64,000 nucleotides of DNA from an uncultured Christensenella sp. (GCA_950079155.1 CATMWH010000002.1:14929-78928); one strand, 5' to 3'. Positions 9,747-20,458 are shown, numbered from the stretch's first letter. The notes: generated by a model not told the origin, from the sequence alone. Numbers and translations are program-made.

Positions 9747-12700
9747 TTAACCCATCTGATTGTCCAATACGTGGACTTTCATCGTGCAAGTTTGAGCAAT
9801 ATCTCCGCTACATATCGTCACTTCGATATTCATTGCGCAATCCTCAACTTGATCCGACTTAATGACTGTATTAGTCCTCAAATCGGTGATGACCATATTA
9901 CCGTCAGCGCCATTGCTCCATCTGAGCGTAGCGGACTTAGAGTCGCTGTACTGTATCTTTGTAAGATCAAGCGTAACTTCATAGACGCCCGACGTACCGT
10001 CATCGAATATGACCGTCTTGGTCAGCGTAAGTCTTTGAGTCAGCTTCGCCGTTTCGCTCAAGTTAGTGCCGCCAACCATAATGTACTGAACGCCGCCGGA
10101 AATAGTCAAAGCCTTCTTTGCTCTCACTTCGACGTCGACTTTGTACTCTTTGTTGAAAGCAGCGTCGGCAGCCTGTACTATCGTCTTTACGGTATAGGTA
10201 TCCGCAACGCTGTAATTGATATCCCTCAAATCCCATACGATTGGTACGTTGAAGTATTCCCATACCTCTGCGGATATGACCGTAATAGAATCTATATTGT
10301 TTGCAATGAAGTCTTTGATATAATCTATATCTGTCTCCATAATGCTTTCTTGTCTGCCGTCCAACTCATAGGTAAGCACGTATTTCAAGAAAGTCTTGTA
10401 ATCTTCGGATATGCTACCCGAGAATTGCGTTCTGCCCACTACGGCAAAGGTCTCGAGGTCAAACGTACCCACGCATTGATACAAGTTGATGTTGTCATTG
10501 AAGACATTGTATACTCTGTTGCCTCTCTCGTCAATGGTATATACGTACGGATCCATAGACATCTGAGTCAAATCAGACTTAAGATTGCTTCTGTCGATAA
10601 TCTCCACATCAATGTCAAACGAATATTCGTCGTTGAGTCTAAGCCTAGCCTTGAGGTTCTTCTTGCCCTTCAATGTAATAGCAAAGTTTCTCTCCCAATG
10701 CGCGTCCGACACTTCAAGTACAGAAGTCTTGCCGCTCATATATTTCACCGTCACCTTCTCCGGGAATGGATTCTGTCCGTAATAGAGCACCTGTATTGGA
10801 TCGACATAATACGTTCCGCCGACAAGCGCGCTTCCGTCAACCATTATACCGCTAGGTATACGGTCTTCAACCTGCACGTTGACGAATTTCTCTTGCAAAA
10901 GCGTACCGTTGATAGCGCTGTAATCGACTATTTGCCCCGTGCTGTTATATGCCGTAGGATCAAAACCAATTACTACTTCAAACTGTATGAACTGAGCCGG
11001 ACTGTTTGGATTGATATTGAAGTTTTCAAGTCCTTTCCAAGCAATCGGCATATAGTAAACCGCGCCGTTGGTGAACTGAACGTATGCGTAATCCGGGAAG
11101 TTTGCGGTTCCCTTACCGTTGATGAGATATTGGAAAGGATCTATGAAGAGCGCAGATTGCGTCAACGCTTCGTCAAAGTATATTGCTTCCACCTCATTTC
11201 TCATTACGGCAACTTCCGTCTTCTTGAAAGTCCAAGTAAACGAACTGTTGGGATACGCGCTGTTGTCCAAAGCCACGTCGACCTTGTTGACTGTATCGTT
11301 GTTGTTGTTCCAATCAAATATTACGTTGTCAAGGTTCTTCCATATCACGTTGACCTCTTCGTCATACTCGTCTCTGATGATTTTGGAATCGCCCTCTATA
11401 TCAGGATTGTAATTTGGATTAGCATATTCATCCAAGTAGTTTGCCACAACCGTGCTCGGGAAAGGATTTTCGTCGCTTTCGCCAATCATATACATATAGT
11501 ACTTATACGGATCTATATTGATTGTATTTATCGCGCCGTTGATTGTCAAAGAATATACGTTCTTAGATTTGACTACAAAGGACAGTTCCACCGTCTGCTG
11601 AGCGCTACCGTCGTATGCCGCAATACTCGTCGTGATGGTAAATATACCGCCGCTTACGTCCGAAGAATACTTTCCGTCTACATCTATAGGTCTGCTAAAG
11701 AGATTATGCGTTGCTTCCGTAGTATCCCATCCGTTGAGTATGTCAAGTCCCACTGCCTTTCCGTCCGGGTACTTAAAGAATAACGTTGACGGAGTAAAGT
11801 CTTCTATCTTAGACGTCTTTAGGTCAAATTCATAGAGATTGACGTTGACATTCGTACCTTCGGTACCGTCAATAATTATCTTAGTTACGGTACTGTCAAG
11901 ATAGTGTATCGTCATTGGCAACGTAGTTCCGTTCTTAAACGCAACAGTAGCCTCTACGTCGTGCGCCTTATAATCTTTTGGTCTCCAATTAGATACGGAC
12001 AAATATTCTGTATTTATCTTTCTTGACTTGCCGTCGTTTGTGTATATCGTCAAGAAGTCGGGCAACATATCGTCATAAGCGTGCATCTCGATGTCCTCAA
12101 CGTATTTAAGACCGCCGCCGTCGTCTCTTGACTCTACGTCAATCGTAAGCGTGCGAGTAATTCCGCCCGAGAATTTGGCAATGGCTTTAACTTTAAATTC
12201 GCCTGCGACGCTTAACTTAGCCTTGAGATTTTCTTCTCCCATAGCCTCCTCATAGCCGTTGGCGTTGACGATTTTGAACTCTACGGTTGACCTCATTATA
12301 GTGGTACCCTTCTGATAAATAGCCACCTTATTTTCAAAGTTTGTCTTAATCAGTTCTTTTACGCCGGCGTCAACCGAAGTGTAGATATAAGGCATAAATG
12401 TAATGTTAGTCGGAATATCTGCCCAAGTCACGATACCGTTATTTGTACCGTCGGCAGTGGATCCGCCCACACTGTTTGAGGAGTTGTAAATAAATATCTC
12501 CGTGAAGAAACCTTCCTTACCTCCGTCACTCGCATTTTGCCAAGAACCTCTTGCATCTTTTCCTTTGTCGTATGCAATCCCCTTATTTGGGTCATTGTCG
12601 ATATAAATATGCTCGCCGTTATCCTGTCCTCTGAAATGAATATTGGATATGGTTGCGTCGACGATATTAACTTCAAGCGTAGCGGTATTCCACACGGCAA

Positions 12701-15700
12701 AAGGCAATAATCCCGAAACAATATTTCTTATTTGAGAATAAACGCCGTTAAGCAGCACGTCTGTAAGCATCCAACTTACACCCGGTACAAAACCTGATAC
12801 GATGTCTTTTAACATATCGGTAAGGTTGGCTTGCAAATCGCCCCAAAGCGTATTACTCTTTCCGTTTGCGCCGTAAGTTTCTCTAGTCCAAGTTATCATA
12901 TCCAAATAACTCTTGCTGAACATATCAGGCGCCATTTCTTTAAGATTGATAAGAGATTCGTGTCCCGTGCCTTTAGCAAAGACGTAACCCATTATATCAT
13001 CCAACAATTTGTTGATAAGATATGGATTGAATTCAATCGTCACGTTGAACGTACCGTTGGCTCTCAAATTGAGCATAATACCCTTTTCTCCAAGCAACTT
13101 AATTACATCGAGATCTGCAAATACTTTGTTGATGCCGGTTGGCTCTTCTTCTTGCATCGCAACGTCGTCACTGAGGGCTGCGGTTTCTGCCGACTGATTA
13201 TTCAAGCCGTCGAGCGCGCCGTCTATGGTTGAGAACAAATCGTCGATTACCGGTCCGAGCATACCGAGCAAATCAAGATCTATGTATTGTTGTCCTACCG
13301 TATCACCTATATCTACGACGAACTCTACCAAGCCCGAACAAATAGCCAACATCAATTGTCCGGACGTCTTTCTATGGTCAAGTACTATATATACAAGCGG
13401 TTTTATGCTTGCGTCCGTTGACTTATTATCATTGTACATTGCCTTGTTGATATGAGCAAGAGTGACTACGAATGAGCCTTGCGCTGCTACCGGATTATTT
13501 TTGACGCCATTCAATCTCTTGCCGGAAGACGCAGTGACTTTTTCAATAATAATTCTCGTATACATCTTGTAGTCGTCAATAAATCCATATTTTGTTTGTC
13601 CGTGAAGATTGACTACGTCGTTGGTATAGTTGGCGAGATCAATTGTAAATCCTATATCAAGATTATTGAGCAACGTTCTTGCAAAATCTCTTCCGCTGGA
13701 TGCGTCCCAGTCCGGCACATCGTCGAAGTTGATAGGTATAGTTACCTCTTTGCCAAGCGACAAACTCAAAGACAGATCCATTGTGATATCTTCTACTGTA
13801 AATCCAAGTTCGATACTGTCGCCAAACAAGTCGAATACGCCGTCAAGTCCAATATTAAGTCCAAGATTGATGCCCACAAGTTCGTTGAGCATTCCGTTTA
13901 TGATCGAAGAAGTGAAGTCAATGACAATTGCCGTATTCTCCAAATGGATTGCTTGTGTCAAATACTTGATGAAATCTTTGACTTCCAATCCTTCGCCAAG
14001 CGTGGCAACACTGCCGTCCGCAGCAACTTCTTCGCCCAATGCAAGTTTGTCTGATTCTTCGGGTTTTGTTCCGACGGTAGGCAAACCGTTGTTTTTCAAC
14101 AAATCGTTGATTATATCGTTGAGATCGAGATCGCCTATGTTCTTTATAAGTCCGTCGATCATTCCGAATACCTTAGTCACGATATTTGAATTGACGATTT
14201 CTCCGCTGAACAATCCAAGCCCCGTAAGATCTACGATAATACTGTTACGATGGATATACAATCCCATAATGACTTTTTGCTCGTATCTCAATTCAAGCAT
14301 TATCTTACTGTTGGAGAATCTCGTCAAATCAAGATCCCAAGCCAAAGCAAGTTGAACGTGCGCGTCCCAATCGTCAAGATCAAGAGATATAGGCAATTCG
14401 AGTTTTTTACCTACGTTTGCCAAAATCGCGTTGATAAGACGCGTGAGATTCATCTCGTTGTCAAGAGTATGGAGGTCGATATCAAGTTGTACCGAAGCTT
14501 TACCCACAGTGCTGACTATTGCCTCAATAAGATCTGACTTATAATCAATAAATTCTTGCGCTTTTTGTTCTATCGGATACTTATGCTCTCCGAGATTACC
14601 TACTATCACGCGGTGATCGTCAGTTCCCGCCGAGAATACCAGTTTCATATCACTGCCGTAGTTATACTTCTTGGTCGTATAGTAGACAATGTTTTTGTCT
14701 ATATTTTCGCTGCTTGCAGGCTTATCTTTGATGTTTCTGTAAATCTTACCCTCTTCTTTTACGATTTGATTACCTTTGTCGTCAAAGTAGTATACGCACT
14801 CGCCGTTGCTGTCGAGTTTTGGTATAAATTCGCCGCTAAAGGAGAAGATAAATCCGTCGTTTCTTCCCAACTCAACCGACAAATCGACTTCCATAAGGCT
14901 GAGCGCCTCTGCCAAGGTGTTGCCCATATCGGTGTTGGTTGCACTGAGTACCGCAAGTATTGCGGCAAGCGAAATCGACGGTATGAACTTATCGGCATTG
15001 AATGCAAATATTATTGCCGCAGTCGGATTTACCTCTTGAGTTTGAGCGTACGTAGCAAGGCGCGAAGTTGAATTCTGCGTTTCGCCGGCTTGCGCTACAA
15101 CGCTTGACGTAAGACCAAGCAATTCCTTGAAATCAAGTTCAAACTTGAGATCTCCGCCCTGCACGTTAATTTGCTTTAGCAAATCGCCTATCACATTGTC
15201 GAGAAGCGTGTATATCAAATCCGTAAAGTTGAGCGAAAAACTCAATTTAGGCAATACTATACCTGCAATATTGAAGTTAGAAATATCTATATAAATATTA
15301 TTATTATATCCATATATACCGAGCAAGACTTGATCTTTTTCGATAATCTGATGGTCGCCCACCTTTATACCGCTCTCAGTCTTCATCTCCAAGACTATCA
15401 TAGATCTTGCAGTATCCGTTCTGTTGAGCGCAATTTGCAGATTGAGTGACGCGTCCAATATAAAGTCATTGTCGAATGTCCACAATATTTGAGACGATTC
15501 TACTTCCGACACTCCGAATCCTGCGATAAATGGCGCAAGATCATAAGTTCCTGCCGAGAAGTTAAGCGAAAAGCCGCTGCTAAATCTAATACCGCCCAGC
15601 AAATGCTCTATCACGCCGTTAAGCGACGATAGATAATCGGTATTTTCAATATCTACTTTGCTGTCTATATAATCTGCAAAATTCTCGTCTTTAAAGCCTA

Positions 15701-17660
15701 TTACAAACTGACCTATTCCCAGACGTATCGCAAACGCCGGATCAGTAATCGTAATGGTGCTGTCCTCAGGTCCAGCAACTTGAGACGTATTGTTGAGCAC
15801 AGTTTCTACCGTGACGCTGTCAAGTCCCACTTCGGATGTGTTGATAGACAATATTATATCGCCTATTTCGTCCGGCAAAGACACGTTTTTCAATTGCGGT
15901 ATAAGACCGCCGAGCACTTTGAAGAAATTATCGTTGACTACAACTTTGATACTGGTGTCGTCAGTATATATATTTGGTTCTACTGTCACGACGCCGTTTT
16001 CTTTCACGCCTCCAAGACCCAAGAGATTTGCCAACATATCTACAAAATTTCCAATACCTGCCGAGAGTTTATAACTACCGTCGTTTTCTTTAGCAAGCGC
16101 AACCACGCTTGCGCTGGTTGAAGACATCACTTTCTCTACTGCAGACATACTTGAAAGCGTCAAAGATCCGTTGTCATTTACTTGAATTTCGCTCTTGCGA
16201 AGTCCTGCAAAATCAAGACCGAATACGCCGTCAATAGCGTCGGTAATGATATCGACGAGTTTTGATACCAAATCGTCGAGTCCTGCGTCAAGTTTTATAT
16301 TCAATCCGTTGAGATATTGAGGCAACATATTATCCGTATTGAGATAAAAACTACCTTCTTTATAATAAATTCCCATTTGAGGCTTGAAGTTCTTATCCAC
16401 AAGCGTGCCGTCAGTATTGATTAGATACAACTCTATTGCGACTTTGTTGTTGTCTTGCGGCAACTTATCGTAATTGAGATCCAAGTCCAACTTAAATGAG
16501 AGTCTCACTCCAGTACCGCCATTGAGAAGCAACAAACCTTCGGGGATTCTTATGGTCGTGGATTCTCCAAGAAAACTGTTGATCATCTTGCCAAGGTCAA
16601 AATTCTTATTATGACCGCTTTCGTCTTTGACGGAATCCACTATCAAGTCGATGTCAAATTGCAAGTTTGTAAAACTAAATTCCGATATGGCTCTATCCGC
16701 CAAATTGCCGGGTAAACCTATATCAGTATCCGCCTCATCGCGTATATCTATAGTTGCGCTCAAATCAAAGGTGTTTTTGTTACCATTTAATTCGACTCCG
16801 CTGACACCGACATTTTTAAGATTGCTATCGCTGTCAAAATCTGCCTTTATATATAATGTTTCGTCGGGAATTAAATCTGCTAAGTAATTTACGAGAGGTT
16901 TGATATCTATAGGGATATCAAAGGGCAAGAATGGTAGAAAAGTAGTAACATTGCTCAAGAGACTTTTTAATCTCAACTCCATTGCAAGAGACTGAGAACC
17001 GTCTTCGCCGACTTTCACTTCGGGCACGCCGAATAAGACGTTAAACACAAGGTCTATCAGTCCCATATACTGCTCCAAAGAGCCCGTCAAGTCTGACACC
17101 ATTCCGCCTGCGCCTTCGATAATCTGGATTATGTAATTAAAGTCGAAATCCGACAGATAAATAAGTGGAGTTCCGTCCGCTCTGTCTATATAAATCTTGT
17201 CATTTACTATGTAAACTGCAAAAACCAACTGCCGTTGCGAGTCAGCCTCGCCTTTTTGCTGTTGATAAACGGCTAAACACAGTTCGTTGCGAACTTCACT
17301 GTAGAAATTGCCCTTTAAATTAATTGTCGTCACCTGATCTTCATTCTCAAATTTGACGTATACGTCAAGATTTAGAACCTGCTCCGGCACCTCCACCGAT
17401 TCGATGATCTTATTGAGCATCTCTTTGGAGGTATATTTCGGAATCTCCGGCGTATTACCTCCGGGATTGCCCGAAGGAGTCGGCGGTTTCCATATGTCGT
17501 CATTACTACCGGACGGCGTTTCGTTGGGGTCTCCGCTTGGCGTATGATTGCCACTAATTCCCCCATCCGGTTTAGGCTCGCACGCTACAAGCGTAGCAAG
17601 AAACACCGTAGCCAACACGGCTAACAGCAAAAGAACCGTAATCAACTTAGTCTTTTTCAT
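9747..17660 (-). CDS. Giant lipoprotein (2637 aa), putative adhesin or surface-layer component
   Basis: ORF track. Lipobox LATLVAC follows a hydrophobic signal, then a Pro/Gly/Ser-rich linker (PKPDGGISGNHTPSGDPNETPSG...). First gene of a three-gene giant-protein operon; the next gene starts 15 nt after its stop. Confidence 0.85.
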   Translation of the reverse strand: MKKTKLITVLLLLAVLATVFLATLVACEPKPDGGISGNHTPSGDPNETPSGSNDDIWKPPTPSGNPGGNTPEIPKYTSKEMLNKIIESVEVPEQVLNLDVYVKFENEDQVTTINLKGNFYSEVRNELCLAVYQQQKGEADSQRQLVFAVYIVNDKIYIDRADGTPLIYLSDFDFNYIIQIIEGAGGMVSDLTGSLEQYMGLIDLVFNVLFGVPEVKVGEDGSQSLAMELRLKSLLSNVTTFLPFLPFDIPIDIKPLVNYLADLIPDETLYIKADFDSDSNLKNVGVSGVELNGNKNTFDLSATIDIRDEADTDIGLPGNLADRAISEFSFTNLQFDIDLIVDSVKDESGHNKNFDLGKMINSFLGESTTIRIPEGLLLLNGGTGVRLSFKLDLDLNYDKLPQDNNKVAIELYLINTDGTLVDKNFKPQMGIYYKEGSFYLNTDNMLPQYLNGLNIKLDAGLDDLVSKLVDIITDAIDGVFGLDFAGLRKSEIQVNDNGSLTLSSMSAVEKVMSSTSASVVALAKENDGSYKLSAGIGNFVDMLANLLGLGGVKENGVVTVEPNIYTDDTSIKVVVNDNFFKVLGGLIPQLKNVSLPDEIGDIILSINTSEVGLDSVTVETVLNNTSQVAGPEDSTITITDPAFAIRLGIGQFVIGFKDENFADYIDSKVDIENTDYLSSLNGVIEHLLGGIRFSSGFSLNFSAGTYDLAPFIAGFGVSEVESSQILWTFDNDFILDASLNLQIALNRTDTARSMIVLEMKTESGIKVGDHQIIEKDQVLLGIYGYNNNIYIDISNFNIAGIVLPKLSFSLNFTDLIYTLLDNVIGDLLKQINVQGGDLKFELDFKELLGLTSSVVAQAGETQNSTSRLATYAQTQEVNPTAAIIFAFNADKFIPSISLAAILAVLSATNTDMGNTLAEALSLMEVDLSVELGRNDGFIFSFSGEFIPKLDSNGECVYYFDDKGNQIVKEEGKIYRNIKDKPASSENIDKNIVYYTTKKYNYGSDMKLVFSAGTDDHRVIVGNLGEHKYPIEQKAQEFIDYKSDLIEAIVSTVGKASVQLDIDLHTLDNEMNLTRLINAILANVGKKLELPISLDLDDWDAHVQLALAWDLDLTRFSNSKIMLELRYEQKVIMGLYIHRNSIIVDLTGLGLFSGEIVNSNIVTKVFGMIDGLIKNIGDLDLNDIINDLLKNNGLPTVGTKPEESDKLALGEEVAADGSVATLGEGLEVKDFIKYLTQAIHLENTAIVIDFTSSIINGMLNELVGINLGLNIGLDGVFDLFGDSIELGFTVEDITMDLSLSLSLGKEVTIPINFDDVPDWDASSGRDFARTLLNNLDIGFTIDLANYTNDVVNLHGQTKYGFIDDYKMYTRIIIEKVTASSGKRLNGVKNNPVAAQGSFVVTLAHINKAMYNDNKSTDASIKPLVYIVLDHRKTSGQLMLAICSGLVEFVVDIGDTVGQQYIDLDLLGMLGPVIDDLFSTIDGALDGLNNQSAETAALSDDVAMQEEEPTGINKVFADLDVIKLLGEKGIMLNLRANGTFNVTIEFNPYLINKLLDDIMGYVFAKGTGHESLINLKEMAPDMFSKSYLDMITWTRETYGANGKSNTLWGDLQANLTDMLKDIVSGFVPGVSWMLTDVLLNGVYSQIRNIVSGLLPFAVWNTATLEVNIVDATISNIHFRGQDNGEHIYIDNDPNKGIAYDKGKDARGSWQNASDGGKEGFFTEIFIYNSSNSVGGSTADGTNNGIVTWADIPTNITFMPYIYTSVDAGVKELIKTNFENKVAIYQKGTTIMRSTVEFKIVNANGYEEAMGEENLKAKLSVAGEFKVKAIAKFSGGITRTLTIDVESRDDGGGLKYVEDIEMHAYDDMLPDFLTIYTNDGKSRKINTEYLSVSNWRPKDYKAHDVEATVAFKNGTTLPMTIHYLDSTVTKIIIDGTEGTNVNVNLYEFDLKTSKIEDFTPSTLFFKYPDGKAVGLDILNGWDTTEATHNLFSRPIDVDGKYSSDVSGGIFTITTSIAAYDGSAQQTVELSFVVKSKNVYSLTINGAINTINIDPYKYYMYMIGESDENPFPSTVVANYLDEYANPNYNPDIEGDSKIIRDEYDEEVNVIWKNLDNVIFDWNNNNDTVNKVDVALDNSAYPNSSFTWTFKKTEVAVMRNEVEAIYFDEALTQSALFIDPFQYLINGKGTANFPDYAYVQFTNGAVYYMPIAWKGLENFNINPNSPAQFIQFEVVIGFDPTAYNSTGQIVDYSAINGTLLQEKFVNVQVEDRIPSGIMVDGSALVGGTYYVDPIQVLYYGQNPFPEKVTVKYMSGKTSVLEVSDAHWERNFAITLKGKKNLKARLRLNDEYSFDIDVEIIDRSNLKSDLTQMSMDPYVYTIDERGNRVYNVFNDNINLYQCVGTFDLETFAVVGRTQFSGSISEDYKTFLKYVLTYELDGRQESIMETDIDYIKDFIANNIDSITVISAEVWEYFNVPIVWDLRDINYSVADTYTVKTIVQAADAAFNKEYKVDVEVRAKKALTISGGVQYIMVGGTNLSETAKLTQRLTLTKTVIFDDGTSGVYEVTLDLTKIQYSDSKSATLRWSNGADGNMVITDLRTNTVIKSDQVEDCAMNIEVTICSGDIAQTCTMKVHVLDNQMG

Positions 17661-17923
17661 AATTCCCTCTCTTATGATTACTAATTTATTTCACGTTTAT
17701 TTTAAAATAAAAACCTTAAACAAACCTTAAATATTTTTCGCGCTTATATATACGCGTACGTTAAATGATAACTGAGGGATATATTTAAACAATTAGTACA
17801 CAATATCTGGTGCTTAAACTGGCGCGATACACAAAAAATATATTAAAACACTTTTTAAGAATTTACAAAAATTTTACAATTGGTTTATTAAAAGTTTCTT
17901 AAAATAGAAAATAAATTTTAGAT

Positions 17924-18619
17924 TCAAGAATCCTCTTCATCCGATATGAGATGTTTGGTATCAGACCACATATATCCCAAGTTTTTAATTGTCTTAAGAT
18001 AACCTACGCAACCGTAGCCTTCTAACAGTTTTCTTAATTTAGAGACATATACTTCGACAACCGTGATCACGGTATCGCTGTCAAGCCCCCATATTCTGTT
18101 GAAAAGTTGGTCTTTTGAGACTATAATATTGCGGCTGCGTATAAGACACTCCAAAATATCGTAAATTTTGCCGGACATTCTGACGTACTCGCCTTTGATC
18201 TTCAACATTTTGCTGTTGTAATCAAGTTCAATATTGCCGTTGACGTATTTGCTATAAAAATTATTATTATAACGTCGCAATATTGCTTCTGCTCTAACCA
18301 ACAGTTCTTCGTTGTTGAATGGTTTGCTTAAATAATCGTCTGCGCCCGCTTTAAGCCCCTCAATCCTTTTTTCGACTGAATTCAGAGCCGATACTATCAA
18401 AATTGGGCAATTGCTCTTTTTCCTCAACTCTCTTATTATCTCAATCCCGCTTCTTTTGGGCAATATCAATTCGGTTACGACCAAATCATACGCTTTTGCC
18501 TCAGCCATATAAAGACCTTCGACGCCGTCGTAGGCGCTGTCGCAGTTTCCAAGTTTACCGAGAATGTCGGCAATACTTTGATTCGTCCTATTGTTGTCGT
18601 CAATCACCAAAAATTTCAT
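17924..18619 (-). CDS. OmpR/PhoB-family response regulator (REC + winged helix), atypical: Glu at the phospho-acceptor position; no histidine kinase nearby
   Basis: MKFLVIDDNN..., YDLVVTELILP aligns by eye with the consensus DLvilDlmLP. IVSA (Thr/Ser) and SKPF (Lys) are conserved. The C-terminus LRKLLEG...YLKTIKNLGYMW is a typical wHTH. Confidence 0.85.
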   Translation of the reverse strand: MKFLVIDDNNRTNQSIADILGKLGNCDSAYDGVEGLYMAEAKAYDLVVTELILPKRSGIEIIRELRKKSNCPILIVSALNSVEKRIEGLKAGADDYLSKPFNNEELLVRAEAILRRYNNNFYSKYVNGNIELDYNSKMLKIKGEYVRMSGKIYDILECLIRSRNIIVSKDQLFNRIWGLDSDTVITVVEVYVSKLRKLLEGYGCVGYLKTIKNLGYMWSDTKHLISDEEDS

Positions 18620-18722
18620 TTCCCGCCCTAATGCAATTTATTCTCAAGTATTACATTGACTCAGTTATTATAACACGCCGGCAGTAAATAAATCAATAAT
18701 TATTTCAATCATAAGTTGCGAG

Positions 18723-19259
18723 TCATTTTTGCGATTTTTGAAAATAACCTTTTTGGGACGAACACAGCGGGCACATTTGCGGCGCGTCTGCTCCGTGAGA
18801 TAAATATCCGCACTTGATGCACTGCCACTTAACTATCTTGCTGTCTTTATACAACTTACCCACCTTAAGATCTGACATTACGCCTTTTAATTCTTCTTCG
18901 GTTGCGCTATCCACCTTAGCGACTTCATCAATGACGCCGGCAATATATTCAAAGCCCTCTTGCCTTGCCGTCACTGCAAAAGCATCCTTAAGTCTCTTTG
19001 CGGACGCGTGCAACTGTCCCGCGCAATATATGAGATTCGCGAGCGTGTCCACTTCGTCGCCCTCCTGCATAATTCTATACAGTACCTTGCAGTGTTCGCT
19101 CTCCTGTTTTGCTATAGTATCCAACCTGTCCGCAACGGTAAAATACCCTTGCTCTCTGGCTCTGTCCGAAAAGACGCTCAACACCGCCATATTCTTTCCT
19201 CTGCTTTCTAACTCTTTGACGATATTTTCATACGTATTACTCTTATCCATTAACTTCAT
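18723..19259 (-). CDS. Rubrerythrin-like protein (ferritin-like four-helix domain + C-terminal rubredoxin CxxC...CxxC)
   Basis: QESEHCKV (ExxH) motif; C-terminal WQCIKCGY...MCPLCSSQKGYF. Start moved to ATG 19259 (MKLMDK), preceded by GGGAGG. Confidence 0.75.
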   Translation of the reverse strand: MKLMDKSNTYENIVKELESRGKNMAVLSVFSDRAREQGYFTVADRLDTIAKQESEHCKVLYRIMQEGDEVDTLANLIYCAGQLHASAKRLKDAFAVTARQEGFEYIAGVIDEVAKVDSATEEELKGVMSDLKVGKLYKDSKIVKWQCIKCGYLSHGADAPQMCPLCSSQKGYFQKSQK

Positions 19260-19552
19260 AAAAAAACCTCCCTGTATCAATCATACCCATTTAAGGCTCG
19301 ATTATACAGGAAGGAAAACTCCCGACAACGACAGTAAAAATATTTGGAGGCAGTTTTACTGTTTATTATGGCAATTGTCATTGCCGAGAGTAAACTTTTT
19401 ATACTTAATTATCCATATTCTCAATTTTTATAGCCGCATATTTCTAAAACGTGCGTAGCGATATATTTGACGTGACGTACTACTTTATTTCTCAACCTCA
19501 TCAAAGAAAATCGAGATATCTAATTTGATTTATTTTCCCATTACGTCCATAT

Positions 19553-20458
19553 TTATATAAAGCGTTTTGCCACTATGAAATAACTCCACCTCTTGGCGCT
19601 TATCTCCTCTATTACAGCGTGATCCGAAGCCGTATGGAGTATGTAATTATCGCCTAGATACAAAGCCACGTGTCCCACTCTCTCCACACCCGTATTATTA
19701 TATCTACTGTCATTGGTGAAGAACATTACGTCGCCTCTTTGCAAGTCTGCGAGCGGCACCTCTTTACCCTGTAAGACTTGAGAGCGTGTATTGAGATCCA
19801 TCAGCACGCCTGCGCCTTTGTAAAAGATATACTGCATAAGCGCAGAGCAGTCAAACTGACCGGGAACAAAATTGGTATTGAGCGTTCCGTTGCCCCAGTG
19901 ATAGCGTTGGCTTCCCCAAACGTAGGGATACCCCAACTGTTCTTCTCCCACGGCAATTACGTTTTCCACTTTTTCGCTGCCTTGCTTCATATGCACTACG
20001 AAAGCATAGTTATTACCCGCATATATATACGCCGTCTTTTGCTTGTATACCGTCTTATACCAGCCGTTTTGCAGTCCTTCATATCTTACCATATCCCCCT
20101 TGTCGAGTTTGCCCAGCACCTGTCCGCTCGTCGACGGAGCAGAGCGTACGTTGAGGCTGTTGGTAGCGCTCTTTATCATAGCCGTATATGTCACAGGCTT
20201 TGTAGCGGGCGTCAATTCGCTTGGCGGAATTACCGTGCTTCCCCCTTCCTCGTCGTCCGGGGTATTGCCGCTAGGCGGTTGCGGATTGCTTCCTTGAGGC
20301 GGTTTTACGCCCGGACGGAGTCCGCTCCAATCTACGCTCCAGTCTCCGTACTCGCCGTCTTTCTGTGGGGCTTGAATCTGGCACGCAACTGCGCTGCCAA
20401 CCAATAAAGTACCCAACAAGAGCATTATCATAGTCAATTTTGATATTTTTTTTATCAT
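19553..20458 (-). CDS. Lipoprotein cell-wall hydrolase: SH3b domain + NlpC/P60 endopeptidase
   Basis: Signal with lipobox GSAVAC. SH3b: LNVRSAPSTSGQVLGKLDKGDMV...GWYK. NlpC/P60: YVWGS...FDCSALMQYIF...GHVALYLG. Start at ATG 20458 (MIKKISK), preceded by AAGGAGGAAAAA. Confidence 0.85.
   Translation of the reverse strand: MIKKISKLTMIMLLLGTLLVGSAVACQIQAPQKDGEYGDWSVDWSGLRPGVKPPQGSNPQPPSGNTPDDEEGGSTVIPPSELTPATKPVTYTAMIKSATNSLNVRSAPSTSGQVLGKLDKGDMVRYEGLQNGWYKTVYKQKTAYIYAGNNYAFVVHMKQGSEKVENVIAVGEEQLGYPYVWGSQRYHWGNGTLNTNFVPGQFDCSALMQYIFYKGAGVLMDLNTRSQVLQGKEVPLADLQRGDVMFFTNDSRYNNTGVERVGHVALYLGDNYILHTASDHAVIEEISAKRWSYFIVAKRFI

Noticed and set aside
9771-11783. 670-aa plus-strand ORF, and many other 60-240 aa plus-strand ORFs between 850 and 17730
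   Set aside because: They lie antisense inside the giant minus-strand genes. They have low-complexity, Ile/Arg/Val-rich translations and no RBS, which is typical of shadow ORFs of long genes.
18814-19458. 214-aa plus-strand ORF, with similar antisense ORFs at 19778..20407, 21248..21781, 35399..35785 and 48273..48797
   Set aside because: They are antisense to well-supported genes (rubrerythrin-like, NlpC/P60, DUF815 ATPase, the nuclease and the membrane protein) and show no independent signal.
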